DNA of 64,000 nt from Bacteroidota bacterium (GTDB lineage Bacteria > Bacteroidota > Bacteroidia > Bacteroidales > Paludibacteraceae), in assembly GCA_017860295.1 (NCBI GenBank), contig JAFNAS010000010.1:4151-68150 (forward strand), read 5' to 3'. How positions within the stretch are numbered: position 1 is the first letter of the stretch; each line of letters starts with the position of its first letter. The notes beneath the pieces are model-generated. The model saw only the letters and a list, made by a program, of their open reading frames with translations, had not been told where the DNA came from and ran no database searches. Shown here one piece after another: positions 39,939-49,998 of this stretch. Made by a program: the position numbers and the translations under genes.

Positions 39939-39969
39939 AAAAAAACAGCCGACCTTGTTGGGGTCGGCT
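39939..39969 (-). terminator. Intrinsic terminator of ispH-pfkA
   Basis: agccgacc ... ggtcggct with an adjacent A run (T run on the minus strand). Confidence 0.75.
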
Positions 39970-39998
39970 ATCCGGTATGAGGAGCAATCGGAAACGGA

Positions 39999-40982
39999 TC
40001 AGATGGACAAAATATGAAGCACTTCCATCAACGTCGTGTTCACCGGTTTTTCGTCTTTAATGGCTTTAATAAACGGCACGTAAGCAATTTCGTTGTTTAC
40101 AATCCCGATCATCACATTGCGTTGGTCGGCCAGCAGGGCATCTACGGCGGCAGTCCCCATGCGACTGGCCAGAATGCGGTCGTTGGCAGTGGGTGAGCCT
40201 CCCCGTTGGATGTGACCGAGGATGGTGACGCGGCAATCGAATTCGGGATGCGCTTTTTTCAGCTTTTCGGCTACGCCCATAGCACCGCCGGTGATGTCGC
40301 TTTCGGCCACTAACACGATGCTACTGTTTTTCGATTTACGGAAGCCTTGTTCGATGAGTTGACTCAGCTGGTCGGTGCTGGTAGCAATTTCGGGGATGAT
40401 AGCAGCTTCAGCTCCTGATGCGATGGCGCCGTAGAGAGCAAGGAACCCGGCATCACGACCCATCACTTCAATAAAGAAGAGCCGTTCGTGCGAACTGGCC
40501 GTGTCGCGTATCTTGTCGACAGCCTCCACAATGGTGTTCAACGCCGTGTCGTATCCGATGGTGTAGTCGGTTCCGAAGAGGTCGTTGTCGATAGTTCCCG
40601 GAATACCGACGATGGGTATGTCGTTATAGATTTGTCCGAAGATGCGGGCTCCGGTAAAGGTACCATCACCGCCGATTACGATCAATGCATCGATCTCTTC
40701 GCGTTTGAGGGTTTCGTAAGCGGTTTGCATGCCTTCGTCGGTTTTGAACTCCATACTTCGGGCCGACTTGATAATGGTACCGCCCTGCTGGATGATATTA
40801 CTGACGTCTTGTGTTTGAAACTCTTTGATCTCGCCCGAAATAAGACCCTTGTACCCGCGATAGATCGCTTTTACCCTGATGCCGTGATAAATCGCTTTAC
40901 GAGTTACTGCTCTGAGCGCAGCGTTCATGCCTGGAGCATCGCCTCCCGAGGTAAGTACCCCGATACATTTTAGTTGATACAT
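39999..40982 (-). CDS. pfkA: ATP-dependent 6-phosphofructokinase
   Basis: [39 protein letters not shown]. Confidence 0.97.
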   Translation of the reverse strand: MYQLKCIGVLTSGGDAPGMNAALRAVTRKAIYHGIRVKAIYRGYKGLISGEIKEFQTQDVSNIIQQGGTIIKSARSMEFKTDEGMQTAYETLKREEIDALIVIGGDGTFTGARIFGQIYNDIPIVGIPGTIDNDLFGTDYTIGYDTALNTIVEAVDKIRDTASSHERLFFIEVMGRDAGFLALYGAIASGAEAAIIPEIATSTDQLSQLIEQGFRKSKNSSIVLVAESDITGGAMGVAEKLKKAHPEFDCRVTILGHIQRGGSPTANDRILASRMGTAAVDALLADQRNVMIGIVNNEIAYVPFIKAIKDEKPVNTTLMEVLHILSI

Positions 40983-40994
40983 GACAGTTTTGAT

Positions 40995-41873
40995 TTAATC
41001 GTTTGTTACACTTGCAATCTTTTCTAACTTTTTGGCAACTTCTTCCATCAACCATTTGGGTGTGGATGTAGCCCCACAGATTCCTGCTGTGGATACGCCC
41101 TTCAATAAAGACGGAGTGATATCTTCAGGGGTAGATATTAGATGTGAATTGGGGTTAACTGCTTTGCATTCGTCAAACAGCGCTTTGCCGTTCGAGCTTT
41201 TTGTGCCGCTCACAAAAAACACTATGTCGTGTCGTACGGCAAAGGTACGAATATTTGGAATACGATTTGATACCTGACGGCAAATTGTGTCGTAAAATTC
41301 GAAGGAAACTGCCGGATTAATCTTCTTTTTGATAGTTTCGACCAAATTATTGAAACCGGATATCGATTTGGTGGTTTGGGCAAACAAACAGATGTTTTTA
41401 TTCATATCCACTTGGTCGAGGTCTTCCCAATGTTCTACCACAATAGCGGTGTTGCCGGTTTGTCCCACCAGACCGTTTACCTCGGCATGACCTATTTTGC
41501 CATAGATTACTATCTGCCATTCGTGGTGAGGATGTGTTTCGTATGCATGTTTGATGCGTTGTTGCAGTTTCAACACCACCGGGCAGGTGGCGTCAATTAC
41601 CTGAATATGGTTCGCTTTGGCTGCAAGATAGGTGGAGGGCGGTTCTCCATGAGCACGAAACAGCACCCGCACGTTTTTCAGCGAATCGAACTCCTCGTGC
41701 TCGATAATTTGCAGTCCCCGTTTGTTGAGGCGTTCTACTTCACTGCCGTTGTGTACAATATCTCCCAGGCAATAAAGGGGAGAGGCATTATCTAGCTCTT
41801 GTTCTGCTTTTTTAATGGCGTTGACCACTCCAAAGCAAAATCCCGAGCCTGTATCCATTTCTATTTTTATCAT
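40995..41873 (-). CDS. ispH: 4-hydroxy-3-methylbut-2-enyl diphosphate reductase
   Basis: GFCFGV, LGDIVHN, RAHG, DATCPVV, HAEV, QTT, DTICRQV, SSNG, GATSTP. True start is the ATG at 41873 (MIKIEMD), not 42056. Confidence 0.95.
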   Translation of the reverse strand: MIKIEMDTGSGFCFGVVNAIKKAEQELDNASPLYCLGDIVHNGSEVERLNKRGLQIIEHEEFDSLKNVRVLFRAHGEPPSTYLAAKANHIQVIDATCPVVLKLQQRIKHAYETHPHHEWQIVIYGKIGHAEVNGLVGQTGNTAIVVEHWEDLDQVDMNKNICLFAQTTKSISGFNNLVETIKKKINPAVSFEFYDTICRQVSNRIPNIRTFAVRHDIVFFVSGTKSSNGKALFDECKAVNPNSHLISTPEDITPSLLKGVSTAGICGATSTPKWLMEEVAKKLEKIASVTND

Positions 41874-42011
41874 GTGTTTGTTTTCTGAATAGGTTATACA
41901 TGGGTAGGACATTGTAATCGGTTTTTGCCAGATATTCATTGGCGAATCCCGGCAACCGGTTTGATCTCCTTCCGATCTTGTGTTTAGTCCATTATCGGCG
42001 CTAAACTTGTG

Positions 42012-42073
42012 CAAAATTAACACACATCGCACAAAAACGGACATACGCATCCTCAATTTAATGATTATCTTTG
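42012..42073. promoter_or_regulatory. Divergent -7 elements for ispH-pfkA (minus, 42012-42019) and sufC-sufD (plus, 42066-42073)
   Basis: TAATTTTG on minus and TATCTTTG on plus. Confidence 0.6.
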
Positions 42074-42144
42074 CATAGCTTTTTTATTTTGTCAAAACAG
42101 TCAATGCGTTGGCGTCGGCTATTTAATAAAACAAACTGTTCATT

Positions 42145-42900
42145 ATGCTTACAATAAAGAATTTACATGCCAATATAAACGGGAAAGAGATATTGCGGGG
42201 AATCAACCTTCAGGTAAACGAAGGCGAAATACATGCCATTATGGGTCCGAATGGATCGGGCAAAAGTACTTTGTCGGCCGTGCTTACAGGTAATCCGCTG
42301 TTTACGGTTACCGAAGGCGAAGTGTTATTTAACGACAAAAACCTGTTAGATCTGGCACCCGAAGATCGTTCGCGCGAGGGTATCTTTCTTAGTTTTCAGT
42401 ATCCGGTGGAGATACCCGGTGTGAGTATGACCAATTTTATGCGTTCCGCTATCAACGAACACCGTAAATACAAGGATCTCGATCCTATTTCGGCCTCCGA
42501 TTTTCTTAAACTGATGCGCGAAAAGAAAGATTTGGTGGAGCTCGACAATAAACTGGCCAGCCGGTCGGTCAACGAGGGATTTTCGGGCGGAGAAAAGAAA
42601 CGGAACGAAATTTTCCAGATGGCAATGCTCGATCCGAAGCTCTCTATTCTGGACGAAACTGATAGCGGATTGGATATCGACGCCCTGCGCATTGTGGCAA
42701 ACGGTGTCAACAAGCTGAAGACCGATCACAATGCCTGCATTGTGATTACTCACTATCAGCGCCTGCTCGATTATATCAAACCCGATATTGTTCATGTGCT
42801 CTACAAAGGACAAATTGTGAAAACGGCCGGTCCGGAGCTGGCTCTCGAACTCGAAGAGCGTGGCTACGACTGGATCAAACAGGAAGTGGATGCCCGGTAA
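42145..42900 (+). CDS. sufC: Fe-S cluster assembly ATPase SufC
   Basis: MGPNGSGKST, FQYPVEIPGV, VNEGFSGGEKKRNE, LDETDSGLDIDAL, ITHYQRLL. Confidence 0.97.
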   Translation: MLTIKNLHANINGKEILRGINLQVNEGEIHAIMGPNGSGKSTLSAVLTGNPLFTVTEGEVLFNDKNLLDLAPEDRSREGIFLSFQYPVEIPGVSMTNFMRSAINEHRKYKDLDPISASDFLKLMREKKDLVELDNKLASRSVNEGFSGGEKKRNEIFQMAMLDPKLSILDETDSGLDIDALRIVANGVNKLKTDHNACIVITHYQRLLDYIKPDIVHVLYKGQIVKTAGPELALELEERGYDWIKQEVDAR

Positions 42901-43000
42901 CTATTGACAATTTATCCATTTACAATTTACGATCAGACCGGATCTTTGATTCGGGTCTTATTTCCAAATTGTTGAATCTCTAAATTTTCAAATTGAACTT

Positions 43001-44329
43001 ATGTCGATAGAACAATCATATGTAGAACTATACAAGGAGCATCAGGCCGATTTGAAAAAGCCCTGCTCCGACTTGCTGAATGCTGGTCGCGATGAGGCTT
43101 TTGCCCGATTCGAAAGCCTTGGTTTCCCCACTACCCACAACGAAGATTATTTGTACACCGATTTGGGCGTGCCTTTTTCGATCGACTACGGATTAAATCT
43201 CAACCGGCTCTATATTCCGGTGGCTTTTCGTTGTGATGTGCCGAGCATCAATGCCTATCTTTACTATGTAGTGAACGATAGTTTTTACGTTACTCAGGAA
43301 CAACCTGTTTTGCCCGAAGGGGTGATTATTTGCGGTCTCAACGAGGCGGCACAGAAATATCCCGAACTGGTGGCAAAATATTACAATCGTCAGGCAGGAA
43401 GAGATAAAGCGGCTACCGTCGCTTTTAATGAAGCCTTTGTGCAGGATGGTTTCTTTATGTACGTGCCGAAAGGTGTTGTCTTACCTCAACCGGTGCAGCT
43501 GGTCGATATCATGCGTTCCGATGTCGATTTTATGGCTAACAGTCGCAATCTCGTTATTATTGAAGAGGGTGCTAGCGCTCAGTTGCTGGAATGTGCACAC
43601 ACACAAGATCCAGTGCAGTTTCTTTGCAATCGTGTCACCGAAGTGTTTGTGTGCGAAAATGGCTCTTTCGAATATTATGCATTGGAAAACACCCATAACA
43701 AAACAACTAATATCGGGTCGTTGCTTGTGAAGCAGGAGGCATCGTCCAATGTCTTAATCAATACGGTGACACTGCATAATGGATTGACCAGGAATAATAT
43801 TCGGGTTGATTTGGATGGAGCTAATGCCGAGATATTGTTGTGTGGAATGGCAATCGGAGATAAAAATCAACAAATAGATAATTTTACGCAGATCAACCAC
43901 AATACGCATCACTGCCGTAGTCATGAGTTGTTTAAGTATGTGCTGGATGACTCGGCGATCGGTGCTTTTGCCGGACGGATTTATGTTGCTCCCGGAGCAC
44001 AAAAGACGGAAGCCTTGATGACTAATAAGAATCTGTGTGCTACACCTACGGCAAAGATGAAAGCCAAGCCGCAGTTGGAGATCTATGCCGACGATGTGAA
44101 GTGTTCGCATGGAGCTACTGTAGGTCAATTGGACGAGGCGGCACTGTTTTATATGCGTTCGCGTGGAATCTCTGTGCAAGAGGCAAAGTTATTGCTGAAG
44201 TTTGCTTTTGCTGCCGATGTGATTGAAAATATACGCATCGATGCTCTCAAGGACAGAATTCACCTTTTAGTAGAAAAACGTTTTCGTGGAGAACTTTCGA
44301 AATGTGCCGGTTGCGTGATTTGTCAGTGA
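43001..44329 (+). CDS. sufD: Fe-S cluster assembly protein SufD
   Basis: DYGLNLNR, HCRSHELFKYVL, GRIYVAPGAQKT, KPQLEIYADDVKCSHGATVGQLDE..LFYMRSRGI. Confidence 0.95.
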   Translation: MSIEQSYVELYKEHQADLKKPCSDLLNAGRDEAFARFESLGFPTTHNEDYLYTDLGVPFSIDYGLNLNRLYIPVAFRCDVPSINAYLYYVVNDSFYVTQEQPVLPEGVIICGLNEAAQKYPELVAKYYNRQAGRDKAATVAFNEAFVQDGFFMYVPKGVVLPQPVQLVDIMRSDVDFMANSRNLVIIEEGASAQLLECAHTQDPVQFLCNRVTEVFVCENGSFEYYALENTHNKTTNIGSLLVKQEASSNVLINTVTLHNGLTRNNIRVDLDGANAEILLCGMAIGDKNQQIDNFTQINHNTHHCRSHELFKYVLDDSAIGAFAGRIYVAPGAQKTEALMTNKNLCATPTAKMKAKPQLEIYADDVKCSHGATVGQLDEAALFYMRSRGISVQEAKLLLKFAFAADVIENIRIDALKDRIHLLVEKRFRGELSKCAGCVICQ

Positions 44330-44335
44330 GATCGT

Positions 44336-44405
44336 TTTAAAATAAAAATTCCAGGGTTCCAGCCAGCAGAAGCTTGGTTTGGGATCTTGGAATTCATATT
44401 TTAAA
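44336..44405. repeat. Imperfect long inverted repeat between convergent sufD and the ECF module; probable bidirectional terminator
   Basis: tttaaaat..aattcca-gggttcca pairs with tgggat-cttggaatt..attttaaa. Confidence 0.6.
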
Positions 44406-44412
44406 TTGTCGC

Positions 44413-44727
44413 TTACCGGAATATGGCTTCCTTGCGTTCGTAGGTCGTAACTGCGAAGATAATCACTGCCGCAATGGAGCAGCTGATAACCGGTAATATC
44501 CACCAGGAGGTTTCCAGTATTGTCATTACTACATAATACACTCTGCCATAATTGCCGGTAAATATTACTATCAACGTGCTTAATACGGCACATATCCAAA
44601 CTAATTCCGGAGTGCGTTGCTTCTCGGGCAAGCGACGTATAATTTTGTCCGAAAATCCTTTGTCAGCGATTTCTTGTTTGTGTCCGGCAAAAAACGTTTG
44701 TAGTTGCTTATCGTTCATTTTTGTCAT
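44413..44727 (-). CDS. Small membrane protein (DUF5056-like), candidate anti-sigma factor
   Basis: DKQLQTFFAGHKQEIADKGFSDKIIRRLP then two hydrophobic helices; directly downstream of the ECF sigma gene. Confidence 0.65.
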   Translation of the reverse strand: MTKMNDKQLQTFFAGHKQEIADKGFSDKIIRRLPEKQRTPELVWICAVLSTLIVIFTGNYGRVYYVVMTILETSWWILPVISCSIAAVIIFAVTTYERKEAIFR

Positions 44728-44760
44728 TCTATGTTTCTCTTTGTCCTGTCTTCTTTTTTA

Positions 44761-45285
44761 TTATCGCAAATGGTGTGCCAGCTTGGTTTTGCCGGCAGCA
44801 ACATACGATTTTAGTGTTCCCAGCGGGCATTTCATTACTTTGGCCGCCTGTGAGTGGCTCATTCCCTCCATGTAACAGAGCAGAATAGCCGTCCGTTCTT
44901 CGTGACGCAATTTACGCAAAGCATCGTACAAATCGCTCTTTTCGGCAGAAAAATCGTTGTCGACTGAATACCACCGATCCACTTCGTCAAGCGAAGCCTC
45001 GTTTTGCCGCTTTTGGGCTCGCACCGAGTCGTAAAATACATTGTAGGCAATGCGAAACAACCATGTGGAAAATCCCGAAAGTCCTTGAAACGATTTTATT
45101 TGAATGTATGCTTTGATGAACGTTTCCTGCGCCAGATCATCGCTCAACGATGAATCGCCCATTGTTAGATTCAGAAAGAAGCGACGGATAGGCGATTGGT
45201 ATTTTCTGACGAGAGGGTCGAAAGCGTCTCTATTGCCCAAAAGGGTAACCTGCATGACCCACTTCAGGTCCTCCGCATTACTCAT
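44761..45285 (-). CDS. ECF RNA polymerase sigma factor
   Basis: AFDPLVRKYQ, DDLAQETFIKAY, FSTWLFRIAYN, region 4 HSQAAKVMKCPLGTLKSY. Confidence 0.93.
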   Translation of the reverse strand: MSNAEDLKWVMQVTLLGNRDAFDPLVRKYQSPIRRFFLNLTMGDSSLSDDLAQETFIKAYIQIKSFQGLSGFSTWLFRIAYNVFYDSVRAQKRQNEASLDEVDRWYSVDNDFSAEKSDLYDALRKLRHEERTAILLCYMEGMSHSQAAKVMKCPLGTLKSYVAAGKTKLAHHLR

Positions 45286-45865
45286 CTTGGGCAGCGTCCG
45301 CTTTACCTTTTTTTTCGACGAAATAACTAATCAGATAGGCAATACCGACGAATAAAGGTATCAATCCGAAGCCCCAAGGCGAGTGTTGACCCATCAAAAA
45401 AATGGCTCCGATCGAGGCTCCAAATCCAACGCCGATCCAGATTAACCCTTTCAATAAGTGGCTCTTTGGCTCTTCTTCCGAGCGGCGAAAAAAACTATCA
45501 GGTAGATCTTTGCCTGCTTCCAATGCTTTTTCATATAGCTGAATCATTCGTAATTCTTTCATCCGTTTGTTACGTACAATAAAAAATACGATCAATATGG
45601 CAGCTAGAAATGGCGCTAAAGAAATTAATACAATACCCGCACTTGTCAACTTCGGCTCGTCACGGTCGTACCCTAAGGCGCGGGACTTTTCCAGTTCATA
45701 GAGCTGTTCCGGTGATAGTTTCTGCATTAACAACGCATTGTAATCCGATGTTTGAACACTACTGTCTGCCGATTTTACGACTGAATCCGTTTGAGCTACC
45801 TGCACGGCATTGAGACTAAATGTGGCTATGAAGGCTAACAATAGTAAAAATCCAAGTTTTTTCAT
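45278..45865 (-). CDS. DUF6249-like membrane protein
   Basis: Signal peptide, TM helix (LISLAPFLAAILIVFFIV), ALEAGKDLP..FF, LLKGLIWIGVGFG, GLIPLFVGIAYLI; stop overlaps the sigma start. Confidence 0.7.
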   Translation of the reverse strand: MKKLGFLLLLAFIATFSLNAVQVAQTDSVVKSADSSVQTSDYNALLMQKLSPEQLYELEKSRALGYDRDEPKLTSAGIVLISLAPFLAAILIVFFIVRNKRMKELRMIQLYEKALEAGKDLPDSFFRRSEEEPKSHLLKGLIWIGVGFGASIGAIFLMGQHSPWGFGLIPLFVGIAYLISYFVEKKGKADAAQDE

Positions 45866-46048
45866 AATTGTAATTTTTTTGGGAGATCATTTGCACATTA
45901 GACGTAATTCAGTATCGGTTTGGATGAGTGATGGTGTCTTTTTAGAAAATTATTTTTGTGAAGTCCGTTAGCATAATGATTGCAGTATGACAAAAAAAGT
46001 CGACAAGATAAAGATACATAATCTTTACGATGCCGACCTTTTCCTGAT

Positions 46049-46504
46049 TTACAACAGCACCTCTTTGAGTTGTTCCGAATGCGCTTTGGTATTTACTTTT
46101 TCGATGACATGGGTGATGATTCCCTGTTCGTCGATTACAAAGGTGGTGCGCAGGATTCCCATATATTTACGTCCGTACATACTCTTTTCGGCCCAAACGC
46201 CAAAGGCGGTTGCCAACTCCTTTTCGGTGTCGGCCAGAAGGGTGAAATTCAGACTGTATTTGGCAATAAATTTTTGATGCGATGACGGGCTGTCGGGACT
46301 TACTCCGACGATTTGATATCCTTGTTTGGCCCATTCGTCCAAACCTCCGTTCAGACTGCAAGCCTCAGCCGTACACCCAGAGGTGTTGTCTTTCGGGTAA
46401 AAATAGAGAATGGTTTTCTTGCCGGTTAACGACTCGGTGTTGAACGGGTTTCCGTTGTGATCTGGTAAAATAATTGCGGGTATTTTGTCTCCTTTTTGTA
46501 ACAT
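46049..46504 (-). CDS. bcp: Thioredoxin-dependent thiol peroxidase (bacterioferritin comigratory protein)
   Basis: LYFYPKDNTSGCTAEACSL, GVSPD, LLADTE, MYGRKYMGILRTTFVID. Start is the ATG at 46504; -7 element TATATTTG at 46563-46570 (minus). Confidence 0.95.
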   Translation of the reverse strand: MLQKGDKIPAIILPDHNGNPFNTESLTGKKTILYFYPKDNTSGCTAEACSLNGGLDEWAKQGYQIVGVSPDSPSSHQKFIAKYSLNFTLLADTEKELATAFGVWAEKSMYGRKYMGILRTTFVIDEQGIITHVIEKVNTKAHSEQLKEVLL

Positions 46505-46627
46505 GGTAATTTTGTTTTTAGATATGCAATAACTGTTCAGGCAGCTTTTCTGCGAACAGATACAAATATACACTATCGGTATGCGGTTTTGCAAAAAAAT
46601 AATGGCAAAAGAAGACTGAAGGTGTAA

Positions 46628-47593
46628 TTAATAGTACCAGTCGTGTTGCCCCTGACAACTTTCACAAATGGAACTGGCTTTAGTGGGAATGCGGTATTCG
46701 AGCATGATTTCGTGAGTACCTGATTGATTGGAATTGATTTTGAAGTCGTAATCGTACGAATATCCGACACGAAAATTACTCGTGATATTGATTCCCAGTA
46801 GCAACGACAGTTGATTGGAGGTACGGTAACTGAGACCAACGTCAAACAATTCGCGGGGACCGTCGTACAATCCGGTAGGGTGTTTGAACCGTATCATGGT
46901 GTTGATTTCGGCAACGGTAAGGTTATTCCGGTTCGTTAGTTGAGTGCCTAAACTGAAATTGAAATATTCCGAGTCGGTATTTTTGTAGATGCCATACAGG
47001 TAGCGGTGGTTGGTATTCTGAAACAGATTACTGCTTTTGCCGATTGCAAAAAGGTGGGTGGTCGATAACCCGAGCACGAAATGTTTTGTCTGCAACTCCA
47101 GACCGAAGTTAGCATCGGGCTTGTAGGTAGTCAAATCCGAATAAATCAACGTCGGGTCGGTTGTATCGGTCGGATCGAATTGTGATCGGTTAATGGTGCG
47201 GGCAAAGAGTCCGGCCGAGATTCCCATAGCAAGCGACCACGAATCGAAATCGTCATTCGGCGACAAGCGGTATGCGTAGGTGAGGGTTGGATTCAGTACG
47301 TTGGTTAAGCCTATTTTGTCGTTAATAACAGAGATGCCGAAGGCCGAGTGCAGATCATGAATATATTCCGATGCTTGAACATTGAGAACGGTAGGTGCTC
47401 CGCTGATGCCTGTCCACTGATGGCGAACATTGCTGAAAAGATAGAGATATTCTGTCCGGGCAATAGATGCTGGGTTGTAGTTGGCTCGGTTGTTCCAATG
47501 GGTTGTCATGCTGATGTCTGCCTGCGCAAAAGAGCAGTTGAAAGGTAGCATGGCTAACAGCAAAGAGAATGTAATGAATAAAAATCGCTTCAT
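46628..47593 (-). CDS. PorP/SprF family T9SS membrane protein
   Basis: Signal peptide SFA|Q; YNPA, RHQWTGISGAP, SAFGISVINDKIG, YAYRL, GYSYDY, GTHEIMLEY. Confidence 0.9.
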   Translation of the reverse strand: MKRFLFITFSLLLAMLPFNCSFAQADISMTTHWNNRANYNPASIARTEYLYLFSNVRHQWTGISGAPTVLNVQASEYIHDLHSAFGISVINDKIGLTNVLNPTLTYAYRLSPNDDFDSWSLAMGISAGLFARTINRSQFDPTDTTDPTLIYSDLTTYKPDANFGLELQTKHFVLGLSTTHLFAIGKSSNLFQNTNHRYLYGIYKNTDSEYFNFSLGTQLTNRNNLTVAEINTMIRFKHPTGLYDGPRELFDVGLSYRTSNQLSLLLGINITSNFRVGYSYDYDFKINSNQSGTHEIMLEYRIPTKASSICESCQGQHDWYY

Positions 47594-47598
47594 GTTCG

Positions 47599-49824
47599 CT
47601 ATCGAATTAGTGTGATATAGCCTTTTCTGGTTTGTGTCTGGTTATTGAAGTCGGTATAGTGGATCACGTAAAAGTAGGTGTCCGGGTCGACTTTCTTTCC
47701 TTTGTATGTGCCGTCCCAACCAATGGTTGTTGTGGTTCCGGTATATAATAAAATTCCGTAACGATCGTATATCTTCATGTCATAATACGGCATAAAATAA
47801 TCGTTGTGTCCGTCGCCATTAGGAGTAAACACGTTTGGAATAAATGGCTCCATAACGATGGATTTGGTAGCCGAATTCGTGCAGCCATACACGGTGTCGC
47901 TATCTTTTAAGGCAATCAAATAGCGGGCAGTAGGAAGCGATTGACTGTAAAGATGAGAGACCGGATTTCCGGAAACAAGCGTAGTATTGTCACCAAAATT
48001 CCAACTGTAAATCACATTCGATTGCTGTGTGATAGAACAAATGACCTCATTGTGTTTTGGATTGATAACAAGAGGTGACACTGAAAAATCGGTTAAAGGT
48101 AATGCTTTTTCGCTTACATTCACAGCTGTAGAACGAGAACATCCCCATGGATCGGTAGCTGTGACGGTGTAAGTTCCCGGTTTTCCGATGAACACGGTGT
48201 CGGTAGTTGCTCCATTACTCCAAAGATAACTCAGTGATTGTTTTGCAGCGCCGATGAGTTGTTTTGCATTTACATACCATCCGGAAGCATTTAATTGGGT
48301 GCTGTCTTGTGCGCAGAACCAACATTTTCCTTGTATTGAATCCATCCATTCGCTTTCGTCGCTGATGGTAGCGTAATGTTTCTTCGAAAAGCAGTTGTAG
48401 GCCGAGTTGTAGCCAATAACCCAATAGGTATTTGCCGGGAGTCCTGTCTTGATGCTGGCTGTGTCTAGCTTTGTGGTCGTTGAGTCGATGCTCCATTTAT
48501 ACGACCATGCACCGTTGGCAATGAGTGTTCCTGTAGAGCTGCCTATACATATTGAGTCTTTTCCTGCTTTGAGCTCCACCATGTCGACATCAATCGATTC
48601 GACATCTTTTACCGTATCTATCGTACATGTCGATGGTGGATTGTAAACGGTGAGGGTGGCTGTGTGGTGACCTGAAGTCGTGTAATGGTGCAGGTGTACT
48701 TTGCTAGAAATAGTGTCGGTGGTACCATCGCCGTAGTCCCACAAATATGAGAGCTTTCCCCGATTAGTTGAAGAATTGTTGGTAAACTGAACACTATCGG
48801 CCGTACAAGAGCCAACCATTTTGGCGGTAAAAGAGGCTACCGGTTTGTATTTTAAAATAGTGGTCGATAGCGAATCGATACATCCTGTGGCTGAGCGCAT
48901 GATGCAATGATAAATAACACTGTCTTTGTTCACCATCGGGACGGAAATGGTCGAAAGGGTGGTGTCCGAATTGACAATGGATCCGCTACCCATATCGCGC
49001 CAACGGTAACTTTCAAAGCCAGTGGGAGCTATTAATTTGGCTGTATCGGAAGTGCCGCAAAAATTAGTGGATATTTTCATCGGTTGATAGTCGGCTACGA
49101 AATAAGCATAACCGAAATGAAATCTTCCGGTACAATCGGCAGACATAAATTCGAGAGTAATGTTTTGTCCCTTATAAGCCGAAAGGTCGGCTCCTATCGT
49201 AGTCCAGTCTCTCCATTGAATATTGGAAGCACTTGAAAAAAGCGAATTGGTAGATGTATAAGTTTTAAATCCGGTTACCAAAGAACTGGACGAGTAAACA
49301 TCATAGTTTGTACACGTATTGATTTCATTACCCGATGAATCGTAAAGGGTCAGTTTGAAACGGGGCTCCATTAATGCTGTGTGATCGGACGCGTATTGAA
49401 GTACACAGGCAAACTTCATTATTAGCAGCGAATTAGTGGAGTCGACGGCTAATTTGTATTGCAACTTTTGTTGCCAACACCTGAATCCCATGTTATTCCC
49501 TTGTGTTACATCTGCCGAAGTAATGACATCGCCCAACCTTGCGGAGTATTTGTATCCTTTGGGAATTATTTTTAATAAATTACCTACTGTCGGATCATAT
49601 GCAGTCGTATCTGTCATGATTACTTGCCTTCTGCTTGTAGGTAACGTTACTTCCACCCAAGATGTATTATTGGATGGTACATCAGTACTATAAATTCTTG
49701 TATACCCTGTCCATCCGGAGAATGTGCCTTTTTCAAATCCAAGATTGATAAGATTGGTATTCGCCCCTGACATGTTGAGTGTGACGATAATTAGGATGAG
49801 GATGAAGTTGTGCCACTTTTCCAT
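47599..49824 (-). CDS. T9SS substrate with PKD domains and type-B (gliding-motility-associated/CHU_C) CTD
   Basis: PKD motifs YLWDYGDG and YSWNFGDN; CTD FIPNVFTPNGDGHNDYF..IYDRYG..GWDGTYKG..DTYFYVI..KGYITLIR. Confidence 0.9.
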   Translation of the reverse strand: MEKWHNFILILIIVTLNMSGANTNLINLGFEKGTFSGWTGYTRIYSTDVPSNNTSWVEVTLPTSRRQVIMTDTTAYDPTVGNLLKIIPKGYKYSARLGDVITSADVTQGNNMGFRCWQQKLQYKLAVDSTNSLLIMKFACVLQYASDHTALMEPRFKLTLYDSSGNEINTCTNYDVYSSSSLVTGFKTYTSTNSLFSSASNIQWRDWTTIGADLSAYKGQNITLEFMSADCTGRFHFGYAYFVADYQPMKISTNFCGTSDTAKLIAPTGFESYRWRDMGSGSIVNSDTTLSTISVPMVNKDSVIYHCIMRSATGCIDSLSTTILKYKPVASFTAKMVGSCTADSVQFTNNSSTNRGKLSYLWDYGDGTTDTISSKVHLHHYTTSGHHTATLTVYNPPSTCTIDTVKDVESIDVDMVELKAGKDSICIGSSTGTLIANGAWSYKWSIDSTTTKLDTASIKTGLPANTYWVIGYNSAYNCFSKKHYATISDESEWMDSIQGKCWFCAQDSTQLNASGWYVNAKQLIGAAKQSLSYLWSNGATTDTVFIGKPGTYTVTATDPWGCSRSTAVNVSEKALPLTDFSVSPLVINPKHNEVICSITQQSNVIYSWNFGDNTTLVSGNPVSHLYSQSLPTARYLIALKDSDTVYGCTNSATKSIVMEPFIPNVFTPNGDGHNDYFMPYYDMKIYDRYGILLYTGTTTTIGWDGTYKGKKVDPDTYFYVIHYTDFNNQTQTRKGYITLIR

Positions 49825-49868
49825 AAAAATATTTTATGCGATTTATTTTCTGAAATAACGATTTTTAA

Positions 49869-49897
49869 TCAACACAAAGAGGGCACGTTTGTGTTGA
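49869..49897. other. 10-bp stem-loop between the two T9SS substrate genes
   Basis: tcaacacaaa-gagggcacg-tttgtgttga. Confidence 0.55.
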
Positions 49898-49998
49898 GTC
49901 GGCGTTTTGGGATTTTATAGGTATTATTTCTTAGTACTAAACTCTTCAATGTGTTATAATATTGTGAGTTTGCGATTATACGGCATCTTTTTTATTAA

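Noticed and set aside
41874-42056. 61-aa N-terminal extension of IspH given by the ORF track
   Set aside because: The extension spans the gene's own -7 promoter element (42012-42019), and homology starts at MIKIEMD.
46505-46594. N-terminal extension of Bcp from the track
   Set aside because: It overlaps the -7 element at 46563-46570; the conserved start is MLQKGDK.
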